From: Candidatus Bathyarchaeia archaeon
GTDB taxonomy: Archaea > Thermoproteota > Bathyarchaeia > Bathyarchaeales > Bathycorpusculaceae
Direction of reading: 5' to 3'
Assembly (NCBI GenBank): GCA_038882975.1
Contig: JAVZNE010000002.1
Span: forward strand, 32,001 to 96,000
DNA length: 64,000 nucleotides
Shown piece by piece: positions 26,994-36,769 of this stretch. Position numbers and translations under genes: made by a program. Positions within the stretch are counted from its first letter, which is position 1, and each line of letters starts with the position of its first letter. Under the pieces are notes generated by a model that saw nothing but the letters and a program-made list of their open reading frames with translations, was not told the origin of the DNA and did no database searches.

Positions 26994-29585
26994 GTGACAA
27001 AAATGTATAGGATTGATGATGGAACATTGCGGTACACAAACTGTACTAAGGGTGGACCGGTATTTGTTTATGTAAAAGATGGAAGAATTGTTCGTATTGA
27101 ACCCCTTGAATTGAGCCCTGAGGATGCTGAGTCATGGGTTATCGAGGCAAGGGGAAAAACCTTTAAACCGCCAAGGAAAGCCAACGTAGCCGCTTGGACC
27201 CTGTCCGTGAGGGCGAAGGTTTACGCACTCAATAGGATTTTGCAACCACTAAAAAGGGTGGACTTCAACCCGGAGGGACAAAGAAACCCGGAGAATCGAG
27301 GAAAATCCACATATGAACCAATCAGTTGGGAAGAGGCCCTAAACATTTTAGCCTCAGAAATTGAACGCATAAACAAAAATTATGGCCCCGCGGCAATTTT
27401 AACAACGGCTTCTTCGCATCACAGCTGGGGGAACATAGGCTATAGAACAAGTGCATATCACAGGTTTATGGCAATTCTAGGAGCAACGTATGCAGACCAC
27501 AACCCTGACAGTTGGGAAGGCTGGTTCTGGGGTGCAATGCACCACTGGGGTTTTTCATGGAGACTTGGAATACCCGAACAATACGACCTCCTTGAAGACG
27601 CCCTAAAATATTGCGAAATGATAGTTTTCTGGTCATGCGACCCCCACGCCACGCTTGGAACATACGGAGGCCACGAATCAGTCCCGTGGAGATTTTGGCT
27701 TAAAGAATTAGGAGTAAAAATGGTTTTTATTGATCCCTTTTATAATTGGACCGCCATAAACTTCGCCGACAAGTGGCTAGCTCCAAAGCCCGGAACAGAC
27801 ACAGCTCTAGCCTTAGCCATCGCCTATACATGGATAAAAGAAGATACATACGACAAAGACTACATTGAAAAACGCACCTTAGGATTCGAAAAATGGAGAA
27901 GCTACGTTTTAGGCGAAGAAGACGGCGTTCCAAAAACTCCCGAATGGGCGGAAAAAATATGCGATGTACCAGCCCGCGAAATAAGAGCCCTTGCAAGGGA
28001 ATGGGCAAGAAAACGCACAATGCTTGCCTGTGGACGCGGCGGAATGGGAGGCGCCTGCAGAGCCTCCTACGGCCATGAATGGGCGAGAATGATGGTCTTA
28101 TTAGCAGCCATGCAAGGATTAGGAAAGCCTGGACGAAACATCTGGGGGACAACAGCGGGCGTGCCATACAACGGGAAATTCTACTTTCCAGGCTATGCTG
28201 AAGGGGGAATCTCCGGCGACGCAACAAACACAGCGGCAGCTACCTTACTTTCAAGAGGAATAACCAGGATGCCTGTCAGATGGACGACAAACGAGCCTCA
28301 AGGACAGCATGTTCTAAGGCTTTTAATTCCGGAGGCTGTTTTAAACCCGCCGTTGAGATGGAGGGGAAAAGGCTTTGCGGGAGCTTTCCCGGAAGCCCAA
28401 TTCAAAGAGTATAAGTACCCAGAGGATGGATTCCCACTGGCTAGAATGTTCTGGAGGTACGGCGCATCCTATATCTCAACAATGACCGAGACCAACAGAT
28501 GGGTTAAAATGTACAGAAGCCCGAAGCTCGATTTTGTCGTTTGCCAAGCAATATGGTTTGAAGGGGAAGCCAAATTTGCGGATCTAATCCTTCCAGCATG
28601 TACAAATTTTGAAAGATGGGACATTGGAGAGTGGGCAACTTCCGGCGGCTACACTCCGCACTTGTCCTACTCGACAAACCATCGCATCATAGTACTACAA
28701 ATGAAATGCATAGAACCCTTAGGAGAATCGAAATCCGACTACGAAATATTCGCCGCCGTCGCGAAAAAACTTGGATTTTACGAAAAATACACGGAGAACG
28801 GCATGACCGAGTTAGATTGGGTTAAAAGAATGTTTGAAGTCACAGACTTGTCAAAATATATTACGTGGGAGGAATTTTTTAAGAAGGGATATTTTGTCGT
28901 GCCTCTGCCTAAACCATACAAGCCAACTCCGGCGCTGAGATGGTTCGCCGAGGGGAGAAAAAGAGACACGCCAGACACTGGCCTCGCGGGAGGTAGAATA
29001 ATGGGTATACCTGATGGATACGGTCTGGGAACAACATCTGGCCTCCTAGAGTTTGAAGCTAGCACTTTAAAAAGGTTTAACCCAAATGATCCTGAAAGGC
29101 CGCCCGTACCCAAATACATTCCTTCATGGGAAGGCCCGGAAAGCCCGATTTCACAAAAGTATCCCCTTCAGCTGATTTCTCCGCATCCAAGGTATTCGTT
29201 TTTCACACAATATGATGGAAAAGACAGCTGGATTAACGATATCCCAGACCACAGACGCAAGGGTAAGGATGGTTATTACTATTGGATACTTAGGATAAAC
29301 CCTGTAGATGCAAATAGAAGGGGCATCTGCAATGGAGACATCATTAAAGTTTACAACGACAGAGGTGCCGTGATATGCATAGCTGAGGTTACCGAAAGAA
29401 TACGTCCCGGAGTTGTGCATGCCTATGAGGGAAGCGCGGTTTACGACCCTATAGATGAGCCTGGAAAGTCTCCGGACCGTGGAGGTTGCGTAAACTTGCT
29501 GACCCCTTCACGTCTAATGTCTAAAAATGCCAGTGGAATGGCGCCCAACTCGTGTCTTGTGGAAGTTTGCAAGTTAGGAGAGTAG
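26994..29585 (+). CDS. athL: Pyrogallol-phloroglucinol transhydroxylase (pyrogallol hydroxytransferase) large Mo subunit
   Basis: Long blocks match the recalled Pelobacter AthL sequence: GGPVFVYVKDG, SSHHxWGNxGYR, YADHNPDSWEGW, WGFSWRLGxPEQYDLLED, YFPGYAEGGISGD, LPACTNFERWD; no N-terminal Fe-S motif. Confidence 0.9.
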   Translation: MTKMYRIDDGTLRYTNCTKGGPVFVYVKDGRIVRIEPLELSPEDAESWVIEARGKTFKPPRKANVAAWTLSVRAKVYALNRILQPLKRVDFNPEGQRNPENRGKSTYEPISWEEALNILASEIERINKNYGPAAILTTASSHHSWGNIGYRTSAYHRFMAILGATYADHNPDSWEGWFWGAMHHWGFSWRLGIPEQYDLLEDALKYCEMIVFWSCDPHATLGTYGGHESVPWRFWLKELGVKMVFIDPFYNWTAINFADKWLAPKPGTDTALALAIAYTWIKEDTYDKDYIEKRTLGFEKWRSYVLGEEDGVPKTPEWAEKICDVPAREIRALAREWARKRTMLACGRGGMGGACRASYGHEWARMMVLLAAMQGLGKPGRNIWGTTAGVPYNGKFYFPGYAEGGISGDATNTAAATLLSRGITRMPVRWTTNEPQGQHVLRLLIPEAVLNPPLRWRGKGFAGAFPEAQFKEYKYPEDGFPLARMFWRYGASYISTMTETNRWVKMYRSPKLDFVVCQAIWFEGEAKFADLILPACTNFERWDIGEWATSGGYTPHLSYSTNHRIIVLQMKCIEPLGESKSDYEIFAAVAKKLGFYEKYTENGMTELDWVKRMFEVTDLSKYITWEEFFKKGYFVVPLPKPYKPTPALRWFAEGRKRDTPDTGLAGGRIMGIPDGYGLGTTSGLLEFEASTLKRFNPNDPERPPVPKYIPSWEGPESPISQKYPLQLISPHPRYSFFTQYDGKDSWINDIPDHRRKGKDGYYYWILRINPVDANRRGICNGDIIKVYNDRGAVICIAEVTERIRPGVVHAYEGSAVYDPIDEPGKSPDRGGCVNLLTPSRLMSKNASGMAPNSCLVEVCKLGE

Positions 29586-29589
29586 AGCT

Positions 29590-30450
29590 GTGAAAAAATG
29601 GGTTATGATCGTAGATGTGGATAAGTGCATAGCATGCTATGCTTGTTTCACTGCATGTAAAGATGAATTTTGGAGCAATGACCACCTCCCATATTCAGCT
29701 GGCATCAAAAAACGGGAGCAGACACTCATAAGGCTCGAAAAAAGGGAACGAGGGAAATTTCCCCATGTGAAAGTGGCTTATATGCCAGTTCTGTGCATGC
29801 AATGCGATAACCCCCCATGCTTGAAAGCAGCTGAGGATAACGCTGTATACAAAAGGGAAGACGGAATAGTGATAATAGATCCCGTAAAAGCCTTGGGGCA
29901 GCAAGAGATAATGAAGGCATGCCCGTATAACGCGGTTTCATGGAACGACGAGAAAAACCTCCCCCAAAAGTGCACTTTTTGTATTCACAGAGTCGAAGAT
30001 GGTAGTGCACCTCGATGTGTCCAAGCATGTCCCAGCGGAGCACTGTTATTCGGCGATTTAAACGACCCAAAAGGCGAAATAAGCAAAGTCTTGAAGTCAG
30101 GTTTAGCAGAGCCATTTCACCCAGAATACGGCACTAAGCCAAACGTTTACTACATGGGCCTTTATAAAATGACAAAATATTTCATAGCGGGGAACGTTGC
30201 ATTTAAAGAAAACGACGAATGTGCGGAAGGAGTAGAGGTGACCTTGATAAACGAGGAAACCGGTGAAACTAAAAAATTAAAAACTGATACCTTCGGAGGC
30301 TTTGAATTTGACGGGTTGGAACCAAACACAAGATACCGCATAAAGTTAGATTACCCGGGATACGCCTCTAAAGAAATGCGACTGGAACTCGACGGTGCAG
30401 ACGTATATCTTGGGTACGTGTTTATAGAAAAGAGCAACAAAGACGCTTAA
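29590..30450 (+). CDS. athM: Pyrogallol hydroxytransferase small Fe-S subunit
   Basis: DmsB-like with one cluster motif degenerate (DPVKALGQQEIMKACPY), plus C-terminal beta-sandwich domain (ECAEG...TDTFGGFEFDGL) as in AthM. Confidence 0.87.
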   Translation: MKKWVMIVDVDKCIACYACFTACKDEFWSNDHLPYSAGIKKREQTLIRLEKRERGKFPHVKVAYMPVLCMQCDNPPCLKAAEDNAVYKREDGIVIIDPVKALGQQEIMKACPYNAVSWNDEKNLPQKCTFCIHRVEDGSAPRCVQACPSGALLFGDLNDPKGEISKVLKSGLAEPFHPEYGTKPNVYYMGLYKMTKYFIAGNVAFKENDECAEGVEVTLINEETGETKKLKTDTFGGFEFDGLEPNTRYRIKLDYPGYASKEMRLELDGADVYLGYVFIEKSNKDA

Positions 30451-30506
30451 AACGTTAAATGTTAGATATAAAGATTTAATGGTTCTAAATCTTGGAGGTG
30501 AAATTG

Positions 30507-32960
30507 TTGCCAAATCAATCTCGTGTTAAAGTTGTGCGCACATCCGCATGGTCAGCCGGTCCTGGTTGCCATGGAGGTTGTGGGGTTGAGGTTTACGTAA
30601 AAGATGGCAAACTTGAGAAGGTGGAAGGCGATCCAAAGAATCCCTTCAACATGGGCAGGGTATGCGCCAGATGTCTGGCAATGAAACAGTATTTTTACCA
30701 TCCTCTACGATTGCTTTATCCTCTAAAACGAGTGGGGAAACGTGGCGAAAATAAATGGCAGAGAATCTCGTGGAGTGAGGCTTTCGACATTATAGAAAAG
30801 AAATTCCGAGAAATAAGTGAGAAATATGGCCCGGAAAGCATACTTTTTTGCCAGGGAACGGGCAGAGACATAGGAGCCGCTCTCACATTATTGGCGTATT
30901 CTGTTGGCAGCCCCAACTGGATTCAGCTCGGGTTAAGCGGGCATGCATGTTATACCCCAAGACTCGCCGCCATGTGGCTAACAACAGGCGAATATCAAGT
31001 ATTGGACGCTTCCCAATGGTTAGAAAAGAGATACGACGATCCCGAGTATAATCCTCCAAAATACATCATAGTTTGGGGCTATAACCTGCCAAGCACATGC
31101 CCAGACGGTTTCTTTGGACACTGGATAGTTGACCTAATGAAACATGGATCAAAGCTTATAGTGGTTGACCCAAGAGTTACGTGGCTTGCGTCAAGGGCGG
31201 AAATCCATTTACGCGTTAGACCCGGCACGGATGGGGCCTTAGCTTTGGGCATGTTAAAGGTGATTATTGATGAAAAACTTTATGATGAGGAGTTTGTTAA
31301 GAAGTGGACAAACGCCGCTTTTTTGGTTAGGACAGACACGAATAAGCTTCTTAGAGAGAATGATGTAAGCTCAAAGGGTAAACATGAAAACTTGGTTGTT
31401 TGGAATGAACGAAAAAATGATGTAACAATTTGGAACACAAAGAACCTAACCTATGAACCAATAGATACCGAGCCAGCTTTGGAAGGGTATTACAACGTCA
31501 CTTTGGCCAATGGCACCACCGTCCAATGTAAAACGGTATGGACAGCCTTAAAAGAAAGGGTTGCGGACTATACGCCGGAAAAAGTTGCAGAGATCACGTG
31601 GATTCCCGACCCCAGAGATATTGTTGAAGCGGCAAGGCTTTACGCCCAAAACAAGCCCTCAGCTATACATTGGGGGGTTGCCAGCTCAGACCATGCAGGG
31701 CCCAATGCAATCCCAACAGCTCAAGCAATAACCCAGCTATGGTGTGTTACAGGAAATTTAGACGCCCCTGGTGGAAATGTTATTGCAAGATACGCGTTTG
31801 GAGTCGTTGTTTACCCATTCCACGCTGGAGTTGGACCAGTGGCCCCTCCGGACACCTTCTACACGAAAAGATCAGGGGTGTGGAAGTACCCTGTTCTAAA
31901 AAACTTCCGGTCATGGGCCTTGTCAGACACGGCTTTAGAACAGATGTTTACTGGTGAACCCTACCCAATAAAAGCGGTATGGATGCAGACATGCAACCCG
32001 ATAGCGGGACAAAGTCCAGAGCCGCAAAAACTGCTCGAAGGTTTAAGGAAATGCGATTTCGTTGTTGTTGTAGACGCATTTATGACGCCAACAGCAGTAG
32101 CATGCGCCGATATAGTTTTGCCAGTATGCACCTTCATAGAAAGATACGGACTTAGAGCATGGTGGACCCCCTTGGAGGCAATGGTTAAAGCCATAGAACC
32201 TTTGGGAGAAACAAAATCTGACTATGAAATATGTTTAGAACTTGCCAGAAGATTCAACCCCAAAATTAAGTGGAAAGATCCCAAAGAGATGTTTACAGAT
32301 CTTGCGAAAGCTGCGGGCATAGATTACGATGAACTTTGCGAAAAAGTTTGGATGTTCACGCCAAAAGGTCACTCTTCAAGGCCGTATAAAAGATATGAAA
32401 GAGCACTATTAAGGCTCGACGGCAAGCCTGGTTTTCAAACACCTTCAGGAAAAGTTGAGTTATGGTCCTCGCTGCTGGAGGACTGGGGGTTAGAACCACT
32501 GCCATATTATGAGGAACCACCCTTCAGCCCCATAAGAACACCTGAACTTTACAGGGAGTACCCGCTTATTCTGGGGACTGGGAGAAGGTCATGGGCGTTT
32601 TTCCATTCAGAGCATAGGCAAATTCCATGGCTTAGAGAACTAGATCCAGACCCTGTTGTGGAGATTAACCCCGAAACCGCAGCTAAATATGGCATTAAAG
32701 ACGGCGACTGGGTGTGGATTGAAAACCATTTAGGAAAGTGTAAAAGAAAAGCCGTTGTAACGCCGATAATTCCTCCATGGATGGTTATGGCGCCTCACAA
32801 TTGGTGGCTCCCCGAAAAACCCGCCGCAGAGCCGAGCCTCTACGGAACATGGGAAATAAACGTAAACCAGCTAGTACCATATGGCTATGTGGGTGAAGGC
32901 GGGTTTGGTGCACCTTACAAAACAATGCTATGCAAAATATACAAAGCTGAGGAGGAGTAA
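30507..32960 (+). CDS. bis-MGD oxidoreductase, catechol dehydroxylase (Dadh/Hcdh/Cadh)-like
   Basis: TSAWSAGPGCHGGCG...C N-terminal motif, GHACYTPR ligand region, FFHSEHRQIPWLRE; TTG start after GGAGGTG. Confidence 0.85.
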   Translation: MPNQSRVKVVRTSAWSAGPGCHGGCGVEVYVKDGKLEKVEGDPKNPFNMGRVCARCLAMKQYFYHPLRLLYPLKRVGKRGENKWQRISWSEAFDIIEKKFREISEKYGPESILFCQGTGRDIGAALTLLAYSVGSPNWIQLGLSGHACYTPRLAAMWLTTGEYQVLDASQWLEKRYDDPEYNPPKYIIVWGYNLPSTCPDGFFGHWIVDLMKHGSKLIVVDPRVTWLASRAEIHLRVRPGTDGALALGMLKVIIDEKLYDEEFVKKWTNAAFLVRTDTNKLLRENDVSSKGKHENLVVWNERKNDVTIWNTKNLTYEPIDTEPALEGYYNVTLANGTTVQCKTVWTALKERVADYTPEKVAEITWIPDPRDIVEAARLYAQNKPSAIHWGVASSDHAGPNAIPTAQAITQLWCVTGNLDAPGGNVIARYAFGVVVYPFHAGVGPVAPPDTFYTKRSGVWKYPVLKNFRSWALSDTALEQMFTGEPYPIKAVWMQTCNPIAGQSPEPQKLLEGLRKCDFVVVVDAFMTPTAVACADIVLPVCTFIERYGLRAWWTPLEAMVKAIEPLGETKSDYEICLELARRFNPKIKWKDPKEMFTDLAKAAGIDYDELCEKVWMFTPKGHSSRPYKRYERALLRLDGKPGFQTPSGKVELWSSLLEDWGLEPLPYYEEPPFSPIRTPELYREYPLILGTGRRSWAFFHSEHRQIPWLRELDPDPVVEINPETAAKYGIKDGDWVWIENHLGKCKRKAVVTPIIPPWMVMAPHNWWLPEKPAAEPSLYGTWEINVNQLVPYGYVGEGGFGAPYKTMLCKIYKAEEE

Positions 32961-32963
32961 TGC

Positions 32964-33311
32964 GTGAACAAAATCTCCAAAATAAAGTATGGGTTGCTTA
33001 TCGATTACGAGCACTGCACGGGCTGTCATACGTGTGAAATTGCATGTAAACAAGAGAACGAGCATCCTGTGGGAGAGTGGGGCATAAGAGTTTTGGAGTT
33101 TATTCAGCAGCTACCGAGCAAAAAGATCTACGTTACATACGTACCGTTCCCAACAGAGCTTTGTAATCTATGCATGGAACGTGTTAAGACGGGAAAACTG
33201 CCAGCTTGCGTAAAGCATTGCATGGCAAACTGTATGACTTTTGGCCCCATTGACAAATTAGCCAAAAAACTCAAGGAAAAACCAAGACAAGTGCTTTGGG
33301 CGCCAAAATAG
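32964..33311 (+). CDS. Short two-cluster 4Fe-4S partner subunit of the preceding Mo enzyme
   Basis: GLLIDYEHCTGCHTCEIAC, CNLC...PACVKHC; 115 aa. Confidence 0.88.
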   Translation: MNKISKIKYGLLIDYEHCTGCHTCEIACKQENEHPVGEWGIRVLEFIQQLPSKKIYVTYVPFPTELCNLCMERVKTGKLPACVKHCMANCMTFGPIDKLAKKLKEKPRQVLWAPK

Positions 33312-33331
33312 CATTCCGTAAAAAATAACAG

Positions 33332-34234
33332 TTACTTCACGGAGAATGTGGTTCTGGTTTCAACGGCGGACGCCCGGATATGCACTTTCTTCCTACACTT
33401 AACATTTAATTCTTTAACCAAAGCTTTATACGAGGTAAGCCTCTCTAATGCTTCGTTCCACGCACCAGATTTTATTTCCGAATGTAAAATTTCAGTTCTT
33501 TCATGGACTATAGCCTTCGGCGGGCAAACCTCTTGACATGCACCACAATATATACAGGATTTTCTATCCACAACTGGTTTTCCCTCATCGTCCAAGCTTA
33601 TACACTTTGAAGGACAAATATCAACGCAGATTTGACATTTTTCTGGGCATAAACTTGTATTCACTTTTATGAGTCCGTTCATAGGCTTTACGACTTTGAT
33701 GGCATCAAAGGGGCAGGCTATTTCACACTTTTTACAAAAGATGCAAAGCTGCTTATCCACTTGAACGTCAATTATTTTCGGCTTTTTAAGGGGCCCCTCG
33801 CCTTCGGTAATCACTTTTACCGCTTTTGTTGGGCAAATCTCTTGGCAAGCTAGCTCGCAAGTGGGATCGCATAAAGTAATGTTAACAGCAATGTCTTTAA
33901 CGATTTTCGGAAAGGCTTCATTTTCAATAACTGGGATTCTTTCTTTTCCATCAATTTCTATCTTAATAGCGTTTAGTGGACACAGAACAACGCACTCACC
34001 GCAAAAATGGCATTTTTCGGCGTCTATGTCGATTTGGCATCTTCTCAGCAATCTGCCTTCATGAACCTCGGCGGGAAATTTTGTAACGGCTTTCTCTGGG
34101 CAAATTTTTTCACAAATTCCGCATCCAACACAAAGTTCAGAGTTTAGCATTAAAACTTGACGAGATGACAAAGTAGCCCTTTCTAATGTTAGTTTTTTGC
34201 GTGATTTAGATTTAATAATAGTTCTTGATACCAT
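33332..34234 (-). CDS. Polyferredoxin (FwdF-like, six 4Fe-4S motifs)
   Basis: Six CxxCxxCxxxCP-type motifs. Confidence 0.85.
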   Translation of the reverse strand: MVSRTIIKSKSRKKLTLERATLSSRQVLMLNSELCVGCGICEKICPEKAVTKFPAEVHEGRLLRRCQIDIDAEKCHFCGECVVLCPLNAIKIEIDGKERIPVIENEAFPKIVKDIAVNITLCDPTCELACQEICPTKAVKVITEGEGPLKKPKIIDVQVDKQLCIFCKKCEIACPFDAIKVVKPMNGLIKVNTSLCPEKCQICVDICPSKCISLDDEGKPVVDRKSCIYCGACQEVCPPKAIVHERTEILHSEIKSGAWNEALERLTSYKALVKELNVKCRKKVHIRASAVETRTTFSVK

Positions 34235-34435
34235 GTAAGCTTCCTGCGTAGAGGATTTTAGGAAACTACTCCCTTGATATAAAGCTTTACTTAGATTAAT
34301 TCCATGTCAGTGAAAATGAGAATCTTCTTAAGTAGGAAATGGCACAAATCTGCTTTAAATCAGATAGACATATAAGAATTGATGGGAAAAACCAAGGTGA
34401 GGCTGTAAAGGCACGTTTAAGCGGAGCTTGATGGT

Positions 34436-36769
34436 TTGATAGGAGTCTATATTTGTCATTGCGGGCGTAACATTAAGGGAGTTGTGGACGTTGAAAAAGT
34501 TAAGGAAGCCGTTTCACGTTTTAGAGATGTAAAAGTAGCTGAAACCTATGATTATCTTTGCAGCACACCTGGACAGAAAATAATTAAGGATGGGATAAAA
34601 GAGAAAGGCGTCAACAGAGTTGTCGTGGCTGCTTGCTCGGTTCAGCTTCACCTCGAAACCTTTCGCAAGGCTGTAGCAGATGCGGGATTAAATCCGTACC
34701 TTCTTGAAATGGTGAATATAAGGGAACACTGCAGCTGGGTTCACAGCGATGTCGACAAAGCTACTCTAAAAGCTATAGACCTAATAAGAGGAGCGGTTAA
34801 CCGTGCGAGACATCTGGAGGAACTGCAACCAATAAAAACTGTGGTTAAAAAAGATGTGCTGGTTGTCGGGGGAGGCATCGCCGGAATCCAAGCAGCTCTT
34901 GAATTAGCAGCTAAGGGCTACAAGGTTTATCTTGTTGAGCGGAATCCCAGCGTTGGAGGCCACATGGCGCAGTTGAGCGAAACTTTTCCAACCCTTGACT
35001 GCTCCTACTGTATACTGGCGCCAAGAATGGTTCAGGTTTCACAGCATCCAAATGTAGAAGTAATCACTATGGCAGAGCCTATTGCGGTAAAGGGCATACC
35101 AGGAGACTACAAAGTCACCATCAAGTTGGAGCCCAGATATGTAGATGAGAGCAAATGTACTGGCTGTGATGAATGTGCAAAAGTTTGCCCCGTCCAAATA
35201 TTAAATGAATTTGACGAGAATTTGGAGTTGAGAAAAGCCATATACATTCCATACCCTCAAGCTGTGCCCCGCGTATACGCAATCGATGTTGACCGCTGCA
35301 TTAAATGCTTTAGATGTGTGGACGTTTGTGGTCCAAGGGCGATAAACTTTTCAAAGGAACCAAATGAAATCGAATTAAACGTGGGTGCAATAGTCATTGC
35401 CACCGGTTATGACTTAATTGACCCACGACATCTGGGCGAATATTCTTACGGAATACACCCGGACATTGTAACGAACTTAGAGTTCGAACGTATTATGCGT
35501 TTGGGATTTCGTAGACCTTCAGATGGAAAGATCCCCAAAAAAGTGGCTTTCATTCTATGTGCTGGAAGTCGAGCGCTTCGAGAAGGTTCGAAGGAATACT
35601 GTTGTAAAATAGGGTGCATGGTTGCAATTAAACAGTCTATAATCCTTATGAAGGCTGTGGCGGGAGCTGAGCCTTGGATTTTCTATCAGGATCTAAGGGC
35701 AGCTGGTAGGGGTTATGAAGAATTCCTCAGCAGAGCCAAAGACCAGGGTGTAAAGTTCATCAGGGGCTTACCGTCAAGGGTTATACCTATGAAGAATGGA
35801 CTGGTGGTTAAGGCTACAGATACAATCTCTGGAATTCAAATTGAAGAGAACTTTGATATGGTGGTTTTGAGCGCAGCTATTGTACCAAGCTCGGGAACAG
35901 AGGCCCTAGCAAAAATTTTTAGCATCAGCACCGGAACCGACGGTTTTCTCCTCGAGAAGCACTACAAACTTGACCCCGTGGACAGTTTGCGAAAAGCAAT
36001 TTTTGTATGTGGATGCGCCCTCGGTCCAAAGGACATACGGGAATCGGTTGAGGGAGCCATGGCTGCGGCTTCTAGAGCCGCATCCTTCATTGGCAAGGGT
36101 GAACTGGAACACCCTCCAGAAGTGCCCAGAATAAATGTGGACAAGTGTAATCTTTGCGGCGAATGCGTCGCCATATGTCCAACAGGAGCATTATTGCTTG
36201 AAGAATCAAATGTTAAAATTGTTCCGGTGGCTTGCATAAACTGTGGCGCATGTGTAACTGCATGCCCGAAAAAGGCCATAGACCTTGCAAACTTCACCGA
36301 GGAACAGATTATTGAACAGATTAAAGGCGTATGTGAAGGAGAAATTGACGAACCAAAAATAATAGTTTTCGTTGAAAAAACCACAGCCTACGCCTCCCTC
36401 GATCTTGCCGGGACAAGAAGGTATAGCTACATAGCCAATGTTCGACCTATCCCAGTGCCAAGCTGCATGCGCGTTGGAACAAAACATGTTCTGACAGCCT
36501 TGGCTTTCGGCGCTGACGGGGTAGGCTTAATTGAAGGTGATGATAGCCCCTTCGCCGGTGAAAAATTACGCCAATATACTAATAAACTTAAGGATGAGCT
36601 AAGACATTACGGCGTAAACCCGCTTAGACTGCAATCCACAACCACAACAGTTCCACAATACGATAAAACCGTTGACTTTCTACAAACCTTAAGCACCAGA
36701 ATTTCCCGCCTAGGCAAAATTCCACAACATGAAAGAGGAAAAATAAAAGAAGTGCTTAGGAACCTATAA
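34436..36769 (+). CDS. hdrA: Heterodisulfide reductase subunit A fused to a degenerate MvhD-like domain
   Basis: IGVYICHCG, VAACS, NIREHCSWVH, GGGIAG, TFPTLDC, YCCKIGC, GPKDI; C-terminal DLAGTRR...GADGV. Confidence 0.93.
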   Translation: MIGVYICHCGRNIKGVVDVEKVKEAVSRFRDVKVAETYDYLCSTPGQKIIKDGIKEKGVNRVVVAACSVQLHLETFRKAVADAGLNPYLLEMVNIREHCSWVHSDVDKATLKAIDLIRGAVNRARHLEELQPIKTVVKKDVLVVGGGIAGIQAALELAAKGYKVYLVERNPSVGGHMAQLSETFPTLDCSYCILAPRMVQVSQHPNVEVITMAEPIAVKGIPGDYKVTIKLEPRYVDESKCTGCDECAKVCPVQILNEFDENLELRKAIYIPYPQAVPRVYAIDVDRCIKCFRCVDVCGPRAINFSKEPNEIELNVGAIVIATGYDLIDPRHLGEYSYGIHPDIVTNLEFERIMRLGFRRPSDGKIPKKVAFILCAGSRALREGSKEYCCKIGCMVAIKQSIILMKAVAGAEPWIFYQDLRAAGRGYEEFLSRAKDQGVKFIRGLPSRVIPMKNGLVVKATDTISGIQIEENFDMVVLSAAIVPSSGTEALAKIFSISTGTDGFLLEKHYKLDPVDSLRKAIFVCGCALGPKDIRESVEGAMAAASRAASFIGKGELEHPPEVPRINVDKCNLCGECVAICPTGALLLEESNVKIVPVACINCGACVTACPKKAIDLANFTEEQIIEQIKGVCEGEIDEPKIIVFVEKTTAYASLDLAGTRRYSYIANVRPIPVPSCMRVGTKHVLTALAFGADGVGLIEGDDSPFAGEKLRQYTNKLKDELRHYGVNPLRLQSTTTTVPQYDKTVDFLQTLSTRISRLGKIPQHERGKIKEVLRNL

